Below are positions 54,568 through 63,508 of a stretch of 64,000 nucleotides of DNA, piece after piece. Position 1 is the first letter of the stretch, and each line of letters opens with the position of its first letter. The DNA comes from an uncultured Gammaproteobacteria bacterium (lineage in GTDB: Bacteria; Patescibacteriota; Microgenomatia; Daviesbacterales; UBA10151), in NCBI GenBank assembly GCA_964551605.1, contig CAZKCV010000001.1, positions 136,898-200,897 of the forward strand, written 5' to 3'. Below the pieces are notes generated by a model. The model was not told the origin of the DNA. It did not search any database and was given only the letters and a program-made list of their open reading frames with translations. The position numbers and the translations under genes were made by a program.

Positions 54568-55797
54568 TCAATCGCTATATTTAACTCCGAACTTATTGGA
54601 AAACCTGTTGGCAGATCCAAGAACCGTATTTACTTGGGTAGCATCACCATTCCATTTAGCCAAGGATTTCCTCCTAAAATCAACTGTTACCGGTTCCTTT
54701 CCCACTGTGTATCCTATCCGCCAATCCCCGTTGCCTAAATTTTCGCTTTGGGCTATATGCACTTCTGAACCGATGGCTCCCCAGGTCACATGAAACAAAA
54801 TAAAGTCCTCTTTGACGTCCTTTAATAAATTTATCATCTCCAACGCTTTCCCAGGCATAAATTGTGGTCCGATGGCTCCTCCACTGATTGTGCCAGGAAC
54901 ATCCCGAGGCCATGTGGAGCCCGGAATGTTAGCAGCCATATATTTTAACCCCCCTGTCATCTTCTCTTGTATTCGGCAAATTTCCTCAAGCTGTTCTTTG
55001 GCACCACTGAAAACATCGTAATTAATTTGAGATAAAGCCGGTAAAGTACCAATATTGGTAAATCCGACTGTCTCATACATCATAAGCTTTGCTAAACCAC
55101 CTACATTCATCATTAAATCTTCCGCTCTCGGATTGCCTCTTAACCTATCTGGTATATCCAACGGATTTTCAGGATCAAAGAGATCCGGCCTAAACTTTTC
55201 CCCAGATTTATCAAGCAGCTTTTGGATAATATCTCTGGCTCTTTTGTAGGCATCAAGAGAAATTCCCATTACCTCTGGGTAAATACCCTCCTCCTTACAC
55301 CAAGCCAGGAGCTCCTCGGGCACCTTAGCCAAACGTTTATCAACCCCTGATTGCCGAATTTCATAACGCTTATTTAGCAGGTCAATCCTCAAATCAGGAT
55401 CAACTACTACCCACAAACCCCGGTCTACTTGTTCCAAAGTCTTAGCTCTTTCGGAATAAACCTGCTCAGTCTTTTCCCTTTCCGGTGTGCCTAGCGGTAA
55501 ACTAAGAGTCTTATTAAGAAAGTCTGTATCGGAAAGAGTCTCCAGGCCGGTTGGTTTTTCCTGTGTTTGAACTTGTTTTGGAGACGTTATGGCAGTAGGT
55601 TTTTGGGCTTCAGGAACTCTAGGATTCTTTCCCTCCTTAGAGCCAGCTTGTATAGCGGTTGTTAAAACAAGTCCCGCACCAGCCATCCCGAGTAACCCCA
55701 CAAGTCCCCTTCGGCTTATTCTGCCCCGTTCGTCAAATGATCTCTTCGGCAAAGCGGCTTTGGGAACAGACTGGGGGCGGTCCGGACTATCCTTCAT
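54568..55797 (-). CDS. Exported protein, possible lytic transglycosylase-like domain
   Basis: SRRGLVG twin-arginine-like leader with hydrophobic stretch; LMMYET and GAIGPQFMP motifs. Confidence 0.55.
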   Translation of the reverse strand: MKDSPDRPQSVPKAALPKRSFDERGRISRRGLVGLLGMAGAGLVLTTAIQAGSKEGKNPRVPEAQKPTAITSPKQVQTQEKPTGLETLSDTDFLNKTLSLPLGTPEREKTEQVYSERAKTLEQVDRGLWVVVDPDLRIDLLNKRYEIRQSGVDKRLAKVPEELLAWCKEEGIYPEVMGISLDAYKRARDIIQKLLDKSGEKFRPDLFDPENPLDIPDRLRGNPRAEDLMMNVGGLAKLMMYETVGFTNIGTLPALSQINYDVFSGAKEQLEEICRIQEKMTGGLKYMAANIPGSTWPRDVPGTISGGAIGPQFMPGKALEMINLLKDVKEDFILFHVTWGAIGSEVHIAQSENLGNGDWRIGYTVGKEPVTVDFRRKSLAKWNGDATQVNTVLGSANRFSNKFGVKYSD

Positions 55798-55894
55798 AAG
55801 ACTACGATACCACAATCTTCCCTCTTGTGGATAATAAATAAATCTTTTACAATGCGGCTAGAATCTGTCTGCTGTCCTTTAAGCTAAAAAATTT

Positions 55895-58159
55895 ATGCCC
55901 GGGGGACGAAAGAAAAAAACTACTGTTATACCACTGCTATCCCTTATTCTTTCTTTGGTTAAAATTATCCTGGTTAAAATAGGTAACGTGCCGCTTCGTG
56001 TGCTTCAATTTATAATTTACAATGTACAATGTACAATTCAGATCCTTCCAAAAATTCTACATTCTACATTCTACATTCTACATTTTGTGCGGCACAGCCG
56101 CACAAGAGGCCGGCCCAAAAAATTCCGCTTATCTTCCCGGGTTAAAATTGCCCTGGCAGGAGGCCTTTTTGCCGCTTTTGTTTTCTCCTATACCTTTTTT
56201 ATCCTGGCAGCTGCCTATCAGTTGCCCACTCCGACCAAGCTGACAGCTCCCAATAAATCCCTTACCACCGAAGTCTATGACCGAAACGGCATCCTGTTGT
56301 ACCGGTTTTACGAGGGCAGCAACCGCACCCTGGTTAACTTAAGTGATATTCCGGACAACATGATTCGGGCCACTATTGCCATTGAAGACCAGAATTTCTA
56401 CCACCATATCGGCATTGACATCCCGGCCATCATCCGGGCCGTTTATAGAAACGCCACCACCGGCAGCAGGGAAGGAGCTTCTACTATCACTCAGCAGCTA
56501 ATTAAAAACTCACTGCTGACCCCGGAGCGGACTTATGTCCGGAAAATCCGGGAAATGACCCTGGCGCTTTGGACAGAACGGATTTATTCCAAAGAAGAAA
56601 TCCTGCAGATGTATTTTAATGAAACCTCCTACGGCGGGGTTAATGTCGGCATCGGGGCCGCCGCCCGCACTTATTTCGGCAAAATCCCCAAGGAGCTAAC
56701 CCTGGCGGAGAGTGCTTACCTGGCCGGGCTGCCGGCTTCCCCCACCCAGTTTTCCCCTTACGGCTCGCGGTCAGACCTGGCTAAAATGCGGCAAAAACAG
56801 GTCCTGGACCGGATGGTGGAGGAAAAATATATTACCAAAGCTAAAGCTGATGAAGCCTTTACCCAAAAATTAAACATTAAACCGCTGGCAAGTAACATCC
56901 TGGCCCCCCATTTTGTCTTTTATGTCAGGGATTTACTGATAGAGCGGTTTGGCGCCCGGCTGGTTTCACAGGGAGGCTTAAAGATTTATACCAGCTTAGA
57001 TTTGGGACTGCAGGAAAAAGTAGAGGAAATTGTCAGAAAAGAGGTTGACCAGTTAAAAGGCTTAAATGTCACCAATGGCGCGGCCATGGTGATGGACAGC
57101 CAAACCGGGCAGATCCTGGCTATGGTGGGCTCCCGGGATTACCACTATCCCGGCTACGGCAATTACAATGCCACCTTAGCGCTTCGCCAGCCCGGCTCTT
57201 CCATCAAACCGGTCACTTATGCAGTGGCCCTGTCCAAAGGCTACAACCCCGGCAGCATTTTATTGGATACGCCGGTAGTATTTAAGGATGAGTGGGGCAA
57301 TGCCTATGCGCCGGTTAACTATGACGGCCGCTACCGGGGACCGGTCACCTTAAGGCAAGCTTTGGGCAGCTCACTTAATACCCCGGCAGTCAAAGTCCTG
57401 GCCGCAGTCGGCATTGATGAGTTTGCCAAAACTGCCCGGGATTTAGGTCTTACCACGATTGATAACCCGGAACGTTTCGGCCTGGCTTTGACATTAGGCG
57501 CAGCTGAAGTCAAGATGATTGAGATGATGGGCATGTACGGAACCTTTGCCGCAAACGGCCGCTACCGCGAACCAACCGGCATCCTGAAAGTAACCAACTC
57601 AGATGGCCAAACCCTGGAAGAATACCGGGACCACCCGCGCCAGGCCATTGACCCGGAAATTGCCTATACCATTACCAACATTCTGGCTGATGATGAGGCC
57701 AGGAAATTGGCTTTTGGCCCTAAATCCCTGCTGTATATTCCGGGTTATGAGGTACCGGTTAAAACCGGCACTTCGGATTGGAAAAGGGATAATGTCACTT
57801 ACGGCTATACCCCCAAATATGTAGTCGGAGCCTGGGTGGGCAATCCGGATAATCAACCGGCCAACCAGGCACTGACCTCCGGTATCACCGGGGCGGCCCC
57901 GATCTGGAATAAAATCATGCATGAGCTTTTAGACGGAACAACACCCCTAGCTTTTCAGAAGCCGGACGGAGTGGCTGATATTACAGTCTCCGGAAAAAAG
58001 GACCTGGAACTTAAGAAGAAAGTCCCTAAAGAAATGGTCCGGATTAAAAAGGATAAAGACCAGGTTATTTTCCAGGATAAATACTCCACCTATGCCACTT
58101 CCGCCGCCCAACCGGATCAGCAGGCTAATCAGGCTATTCCAGAACAACCCAACCTCTGA
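55895..58159 (+). CDS. Class A penicillin-binding protein (transglycosylase/transpeptidase)
   Basis: EDQNFYHH.G, GASTITQQL, SSIK, SLN, KTG. Confidence 0.96.
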   Translation: MPGGRKKKTTVIPLLSLILSLVKIILVKIGNVPLRVLQFIIYNVQCTIQILPKILHSTFYILHFVRHSRTRGRPKKFRLSSRVKIALAGGLFAAFVFSYTFFILAAAYQLPTPTKLTAPNKSLTTEVYDRNGILLYRFYEGSNRTLVNLSDIPDNMIRATIAIEDQNFYHHIGIDIPAIIRAVYRNATTGSREGASTITQQLIKNSLLTPERTYVRKIREMTLALWTERIYSKEEILQMYFNETSYGGVNVGIGAAARTYFGKIPKELTLAESAYLAGLPASPTQFSPYGSRSDLAKMRQKQVLDRMVEEKYITKAKADEAFTQKLNIKPLASNILAPHFVFYVRDLLIERFGARLVSQGGLKIYTSLDLGLQEKVEEIVRKEVDQLKGLNVTNGAAMVMDSQTGQILAMVGSRDYHYPGYGNYNATLALRQPGSSIKPVTYAVALSKGYNPGSILLDTPVVFKDEWGNAYAPVNYDGRYRGPVTLRQALGSSLNTPAVKVLAAVGIDEFAKTARDLGLTTIDNPERFGLALTLGAAEVKMIEMMGMYGTFAANGRYREPTGILKVTNSDGQTLEEYRDHPRQAIDPEIAYTITNILADDEARKLAFGPKSLLYIPGYEVPVKTGTSDWKRDNVTYGYTPKYVVGAWVGNPDNQPANQALTSGITGAAPIWNKIMHELLDGTTPLAFQKPDGVADITVSGKKDLELKKKVPKEMVRIKKDKDQVIFQDKYSTYATSAAQPDQQANQAIPEQPNL
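56006..56081. repeat. Heptamer arrays (YAATKYA)5 and (ATTCTAC)4 in the PBP N-terminus
   Basis: Encodes QFIIYNVQCTIQ and ILHSTFYILH. Confidence 0.88.
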
Positions 58160-58165
58160 GGTCTT

Positions 58166-61100
58166 TTAAGATGGAATAACCAATACGGCATTGTTCATGG
58201 GAGTATAACGCTCAAAATAAGAAATATCGCCCCCCAGACTGTCGCTGTATTCGTAAGGGTTAAAGCTTTGGGGTATAAAAATCTGGACATCTTTTGTCTC
58301 ATAGCGGAATCCGTTTTTCTTGGCTTCAGTTGACAAAAACGGGATGGTATGCGAATGATCCGAACCGCTTCCCACCATTTGTTCACCGCTGACCACCAAG
58401 ACCGCTCCGGTTGCCCGGGCTTTAGCCAAGGCCATCCGAACCACTAAATTATATACCTGCGATATTTCAGACGTGGTGTAAATAGGTTCCAATAAAATAG
58501 CCGGTTTTTGGCCGCCTTCTACTTGAAGGTTAGTCAATTTAATCACGGAGCGTGCCAAAATTTCTTTATTGTTACCTTCTACATTAATAACCCGCTTATT
58601 GGCATCGGCAACGTAAGCAGGCAAACAGTAATTATGGCTTCCTGCCCTCCAGCTTTGGCAGGTTTCTCTAGGTTCAACACCGACGTTTAAAAGAACAAAA
58701 GGGTCATCGCTGTCATAAGCTTTCAACTCCTCAACTCTAGCCAATTCTTTTTGGGTCGTTAGAACCTGTGATATCTGATCCAAATCTTGTTGGGCCTGCT
58801 CAAGGTTGCCCAAGGAATTTAAGGCATTTTTTGTTCTGCTGATAATTTCTAAAATTTTAACCGGTTGCAACTGGTCCGGAGAAAGAGATTCCAACCCGAT
58901 CATCCCCTCTAAAACTTGTAGCTCCAAATCAACTGAGTGCTTCTTCATACCCAGCTCTTTTTTTGCTTCTATATCCACTGGTCCATCCTTAAGGTCTTTG
59001 ATTAATTGACTGCGCGTCAGTTGCAATACCCTTATCCTGTCTTCGGAAAAATCCAGCCTGTAAACTTCTGCAATATGGGCTTTAGATTCCTGGACAATTC
59101 TTTTAATAGCCTCAACCGCGCCTTTTCTTGCTTCTTCTTGCTTTTGCATTTTTATTGTTACCCGCAACTCTTCAACAGGTTCTAACCACGCCTGCCTTTT
59201 GTCCTCTGGAAGAGCAGCAAGTTGGGCTACTGACGTTGGCAGGTTATTTCTCCACTCTTTAAAATCACCCAAAATAATGTGCCTGCCAATCTCCCGGGCC
59301 GCATGTTTGGTATTATCCTCTCTTTTTTCGTATTGAGCTAAAAGAGCCGGAATTATTTCAAAAGTCTTATTTTCCAAAAGATAAGGAAGCCGTTCCCGCA
59401 AGGATGGTAACTCTTCCTCGGAAATTTCCATTTTTTCTTTGGCTGCCTGAACAGCCTTTTCTTTAAGATCGGCAATAATTTCATTCAAGCTTCCCCTTAC
59501 TTCAAAACCAAAAACGCCGAAAGCATCCAAAGAACGCATCCATTGGAAGATTTCCTTGATTCGCGCGGGATCTTCTCTGGTCCCGCGGGCCACATTTAGG
59601 ATGGACCCCAAAATTCCCCCGCCGTTTTCCTTGGTAGTGAGGAATAAAAGTCCTTCTGCAAAGCTGGCGCGGGCAAAAAAACCTTTTTGCAAGTCTTTTG
59701 ATTGATAAATTAAGGCAAGTTTTTCTAAAGATTCAGGCTTTAAAGATAATCCTTCGCGGGCAATCAAACTGGGAAAGGAAAAATAGTTTTGATCTTTCGG
59801 GCTAACTAAGGCATTAAAAAGAAGCGGGTTAGTCATCCTCCAGTCAACCAATTTACTCTTGGCCATTGTTGTTACGACTTCGGGAAGGTTTTGAAGAAGC
59901 AGTTGGTCGATTTGTTCTGTTTGGCTCCACTCACCAAAGTTTCCTAAAAAATAAGCCTGTAAAGTTCTTTCGTCAAGTTTTACTCCTGAAGTCTCGGCTA
60001 TTCTAGCAGCCAGTTTTACAAGTTCCCCGTAAGCCAGATGGCTTTCAGCGCTTTGAATACAGAGTGCCATAGTATAGCCATCGTTACCTTGAAGGGCTTG
60101 CTTTATTACCGGAGCCGAATTTATAAACCATTCATTAACAACACGCCTCTCCAAAAGAGGCAAGCCTGCTAGAACTTCACTTAGTTCTTCTTTAGAAAGA
60201 GGTTCCTTGACAATAGCAGAAATAGTTTTTACCACTACCGCACTGGTATGGCCTGACCCAAACATCCTTAGGTGTTTAATTAAACCAGGAATGGCCCGGG
60301 GGTCTTTCAGTGAATAAAAAACACTGGCAACTCCTGAACCATCCCAGCTTTCACGGCCGCCCTCATATAGCTGCTCAAAAAACCTTTTTTCAACTACATC
60401 ATAAAGCGTGTGCGTCTGGTCCAGGGTCGCATCAATCCTATCCCACTCTTCCCATTGTTCAGAATTAAAACTCCGCCGTACACTCTCAATTGCCCCATTA
60501 AGATAATAATCGTCAGAAGCAGTATCAACAATCTTTGGAAAATTCGGCAGATAGACTCCATCCCTGGATAAACTATAGGAATCATGATAAAAAGGATTAA
60601 CCAATGCTTGGTATTGGTTTCGCAAAGCAGGATCTGCGGTTACTACTGCCAATTCTCTTAAACTTTTAAGAAGATCGTTCGGCTTACCGGAAACTTCAGG
60701 ATCAGTTTCTTTGTATTTGATCGGTAAATTTGTTCTGGCCAGTGCGTCTTCTTCAAAAAGCCTCGCCCCTTCTCTTGCTATCCAGTATTCCAGGATGTTT
60801 TGGGAAAGCCTGGAAGTCTTTTGTGTTAACTTCAACAATCCAGCGCTTTTTTCTTTGTCTTGAGGAGAGATGATTTGGTTTAAGAAAAGTTCAAGAAGAT
60901 ATAGGTCTTTAAAGTCTTTTTCCGCGCTTGCCAGTTGCTCCTCTATTTCATCGGACGTAAAATTGGCATCTAATGCATTTTTCTTTTCTTCAAACATACC
61001 GCCCAAAAGTGCAGTCAGCTTCTCTTCATTCACCCGATATCCTAAGCCTGCAGGAGAAACCATATCCTGGGGAACAAGATTATGTCTTCGGAAGACTTCG

Positions 61101-61243
61101 TTCATTTCATCACGGTTGACTAATTGCGGGTGTGACTCAATATTTCTGTATCCAGCAATTATCCCGTTCAATCTTGCCAGATTGTTGGTCAGTGGAGGTT
61201 GTTCTTGCTCGTGATTAGCACCATCAAAACCTGCTTCAGCCAT
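58166..61243 (-). CDS. Large hypothetical helical protein (1025 aa)
   Basis: Long uninterrupted ORF; HEAT-like DPRAIPGLI segment; C-terminal alpha/beta region. Confidence 0.8.
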   Translation of the reverse strand: MAEAGFDGANHEQEQPPLTNNLARLNGIIAGYRNIESHPQLVNRDEMNEVFRRHNLVPQDMVSPAGLGYRVNEEKLTALLGGMFEEKKNALDANFTSDEIEEQLASAEKDFKDLYLLELFLNQIISPQDKEKSAGLLKLTQKTSRLSQNILEYWIAREGARLFEEDALARTNLPIKYKETDPEVSGKPNDLLKSLRELAVVTADPALRNQYQALVNPFYHDSYSLSRDGVYLPNFPKIVDTASDDYYLNGAIESVRRSFNSEQWEEWDRIDATLDQTHTLYDVVEKRFFEQLYEGGRESWDGSGVASVFYSLKDPRAIPGLIKHLRMFGSGHTSAVVVKTISAIVKEPLSKEELSEVLAGLPLLERRVVNEWFINSAPVIKQALQGNDGYTMALCIQSAESHLAYGELVKLAARIAETSGVKLDERTLQAYFLGNFGEWSQTEQIDQLLLQNLPEVVTTMAKSKLVDWRMTNPLLFNALVSPKDQNYFSFPSLIAREGLSLKPESLEKLALIYQSKDLQKGFFARASFAEGLLFLTTKENGGGILGSILNVARGTREDPARIKEIFQWMRSLDAFGVFGFEVRGSLNEIIADLKEKAVQAAKEKMEISEEELPSLRERLPYLLENKTFEIIPALLAQYEKREDNTKHAAREIGRHIILGDFKEWRNNLPTSVAQLAALPEDKRQAWLEPVEELRVTIKMQKQEEARKGAVEAIKRIVQESKAHIAEVYRLDFSEDRIRVLQLTRSQLIKDLKDGPVDIEAKKELGMKKHSVDLELQVLEGMIGLESLSPDQLQPVKILEIISRTKNALNSLGNLEQAQQDLDQISQVLTTQKELARVEELKAYDSDDPFVLLNVGVEPRETCQSWRAGSHNYCLPAYVADANKRVINVEGNNKEILARSVIKLTNLQVEGGQKPAILLEPIYTTSEISQVYNLVVRMALAKARATGAVLVVSGEQMVGSGSDHSHTIPFLSTEAKKNGFRYETKDVQIFIPQSFNPYEYSDSLGGDISYFERYTPMNNAVLVIPS

Positions 61244-61293
61244 ATCTTAACCATAGCAAAACCATTTACTAAAAACAAACTTTCAGGGAAATC

Positions 61294-61689
61294 TTATCTT
61301 TCCAGCACAACCCAACCTCTGAGGTCTGTTTTTTTGATTTTAATAGGAGAAGTAATAAAGCGGGATGAATCTCCGATGAAAATCAAGGTCGCATATCTAC
61401 AATAAGACCTATTAGACCAATAAGTCTTATCAACAGCCAAATCTCGCCCGTATTCTTTCTTAATCCGGGCCAGGTCTTCTCCCGAAAGGCCGTCATAAAA
61501 GATCACTTTTTTTACCCGAAACTGGCCGATTATTTCTTTGCCGGAAGGCTTTATATAAACCAAATCTCCCCGGGAAATTAAGCCGAAAGGCGGATTTTTG
61601 ACCCGGGAAAAACGGGACTCAATGGTTTTTTTACCGGATAATATCCACTCCCCCGCTTCCCCCTTAAAAATAGCCAGATGTCTTTTCAT
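61294..61689 (-). CDS. ASCH/PUA-like domain protein
   Basis: ILSGKKTIESR and GDLVY motifs. Confidence 0.8.
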   Translation of the reverse strand: MKRHLAIFKGEAGEWILSGKKTIESRFSRVKNPPFGLISRGDLVYIKPSGKEIIGQFRVKKVIFYDGLSGEDLARIKKEYGRDLAVDKTYWSNRSYCRYATLIFIGDSSRFITSPIKIKKTDLRGWVVLER

Positions 61690-61706
61690 TAAAGTAACTT
61701 TCTTCT

Positions 61707-61776
61707 GTCATCCCCCGATTAAATCGGGGGATCCATACAAATAATTGGTATAGATTCCTGCTTTCGCAGGAATGAC
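61707..61776. repeat. GTCATCCC...GGAATGAC palindromic dimer, intergenic
   Basis: GTCATCCCCCGATTAAATCGGGGGATCC...GATTCCTGCTTTCGCAGGAATGAC. Confidence 0.88.
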
Positions 61777-61860
61777 AACGGAATTTTTCATTATTGCAAT
61801 TATACTACTACCTTTGTTATACTTGATACGTTCATGTAAACTGAACGTATCTTGACAAAT

Positions 61861-61885
61861 GGGTCTAAATATAGACCCTTTTTTT
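61861..61885 (+). terminator. Intrinsic terminator-like hairpin immediately before secE
   Basis: GGGTCTA-AATA-TAGACCC followed by T7. Confidence 0.5.
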
Positions 61886-62080
61886 ATGCCTAATATATTT
61901 GGATTTCTAAATGAAGTTAAAGAAGAATTAGCTAAGGTAACCTGGCCCAGCCGGGAAGAAACTGTCCGTTATACGGTTCTGGTTATCCTGGTCGCGGCTG
62001 TGGTTGGTTTGTTCTTAGGTGGCCTGGATTATATCCTAACCAGCATTACCACCTTTATAATAGGAAACTATGGACGATAA
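61886..62080 (+). CDS. secE: Preprotein translocase subunit SecE
   Basis: ELAKVTWPSREE plus a single TM; precedes nusG. Confidence 0.95.
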   Translation: MPNIFGFLNEVKEELAKVTWPSREETVRYTVLVILVAAVVGLFLGGLDYILTSITTFIIGNYGR

Positions 62081-62987
62081 AAATCAAAAAACAGAAGAAA
62101 AAGTTTCAGAAGTAACAGACGCTTCTGAGGAACCTGTTGTAGAAGAAACCACTGAATCAAATCAGCCGGAAGAGGCTTCCTCTCCTGTCATTGCGAGTGA
62201 AACCGAAGGTGAAACGAAGCAATCTTCCACGGATGAAGAAGATCGCCACGTCGTCCCGCAAAGCGGGACTCCTCGCGATGACGAAGAAATAAACAAAGAC
62301 GAAGCCGTAGTAGAAGAATCTACAAAAGAACCTGAAGCGCAAGTAAACGAACCAGGTGAGACTCCAGCTGCCGAAGAACCAACTACATCCGATGAGCCTA
62401 CTCCAGCCACCCACGAGTCGACTGAACCACAAGAATCCGCCTCCCCTACCAAAAATGATAATCCTAATGCCAAATGGTATGTTGTTCATACCTATTCCGG
62501 CCATGAAAACAAGGTGGCCCATACCTTAAAACAGCGGGTAGAATCCGAGCATCTGGAAGAGAAAATCCTGGAAATCCTGGTTCCCATGCAGGATAAAATT
62601 GAAATCAAAGGCGGCAAAAAGGTTAATGTCAAGGAAAAAATCTTCCCCGGCTATATTTTGGTCAAGATGGTCCTGGATGATATCTCCTGGCTGGTTGTCA
62701 GGACTACCCAGGGAGTAACTGCTTTTGTCGGTATAGGCAATAAACCCACTCCAATTTCTGAGGCTGAAGTACAAACTATTGTTAAATTTACCCAAACAGA
62801 AGCTCCAATGTACAAACAAGTGTTTGCCGTATCTGATGCGGTTAAAATCGTAGACGGCCCGTTTGCTGATTTTATTGGTAAAATCGACAGTGTTGATGAA
62901 GAAAAAGGTAAAGTCCGGGTCCTGGTTTCCATCTTTGGTAGGGAAACCCCGGTTGAGTTGGACTTTTTGCAAGTTCAGAAATTATAA
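62070..62987 (+). CDS. nusG: Transcription factor NusG with ~130-aa acidic N-terminal extension
   Basis: WYVVHTYSGHENKV, FPGYILV, KOW GPFADF.G, IFGRETPVEL. Confidence 0.97.
   Translation: MDDKNQKTEEKVSEVTDASEEPVVEETTESNQPEEASSPVIASETEGETKQSSTDEEDRHVVPQSGTPRDDEEINKDEAVVEESTKEPEAQVNEPGETPAAEEPTTSDEPTPATHESTEPQESASPTKNDNPNAKWYVVHTYSGHENKVAHTLKQRVESEHLEEKILEILVPMQDKIEIKGGKKVNVKEKIFPGYILVKMVLDDISWLVVRTTQGVTAFVGIGNKPTPISEAEVQTIVKFTQTEAPMYKQVFAVSDAVKIVDGPFADFIGKIDSVDEEKGKVRVLVSIFGRETPVELDFLQVQKL
62187..62282. repeat. GTCATTGCGA palindromic dimer, in frame in nusG
   Basis: 96 nt; encodes VIASETEGETKQSSTDEEDRHVVPQSGTPRDD. Confidence 0.9.
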
Positions 62988-63026
62988 GTAACCTAAGTCA
63001 CTTGAGTTACTTAAGAAACTTAAACT

Positions 63027-63452
63027 ATGGCTAAAAAGGTTAAAACATTGATTAAATTAAATATTCCGGCCGGTGAGGCAACTCCGGCTCCCCCGGTTGG
63101 CCCGGCCTTAGGCCAACACGGCTTACCGATCATGGAATTTGTCAAAGCTTACAATGACAAAACTCAGGATAAAAAAGGCAATATTTTACCGGTAGTGATT
63201 ACGGTTTATGAAGACCGGACTTTTTCATTTTTTACTAAAGAGCCGCCGGTGGCGGAAATGATTAAAAAAACTCTAAGCTTAGAAAAAGGTTCCGGCACAG
63301 CCATGAAACAGCCGGTTGGCACTTTATCTTTAGCTCAAGTAAAACAGATAGCAGAAGCCAAACTACCGGATTTGAACACAAAAGATGTTCAGGCTGCCAT
63401 GAAAATTGTCGAAGGCACTGCCAAAAGTATGGGAGTGAAAATTAGTGGGTAG
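63027..63452 (+). CDS. rplK: 50S ribosomal protein L11
   Basis: [25 protein letters not shown]. Confidence 0.98.
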   Translation: MAKKVKTLIKLNIPAGEATPAPPVGPALGQHGLPIMEFVKAYNDKTQDKKGNILPVVITVYEDRTFSFFTKEPPVAEMIKKTLSLEKGSGTAMKQPVGTLSLAQVKQIAEAKLPDLNTKDVQAAMKIVEGTAKSMGVKISG

Positions 63453-63495
63453 GTTTTAGGTGATAGGTTATAGATTAAAACTATAAGCTACAACC
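63450..63495. repeat. Inverted heptamer array between rplK and rplA
   Basis: TAGGTTT TAGGTGA TAGGTTA TAGATTA ... CTATAAG CTACAAC. Confidence 0.7.
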
Positions 63496-63508
63496 AAAGG
63501 GAGCACAA

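Noticed and set aside
48773-61860. Integrative element or prophage at tRNA-Trp
   Set aside because: No integrase, phage genes or duplicated tRNA 3' end were seen.
526-62972. Numerous 60-170 aa antisense or overlapping ORFs in the track
   Set aside because: They lie opposite or within well-supported genes and have no motifs of their own.
62985-63015. 9-bp-period palindromic tract after nusG
   Set aside because: Single example in the window; it could simply be a terminator-like hairpin.
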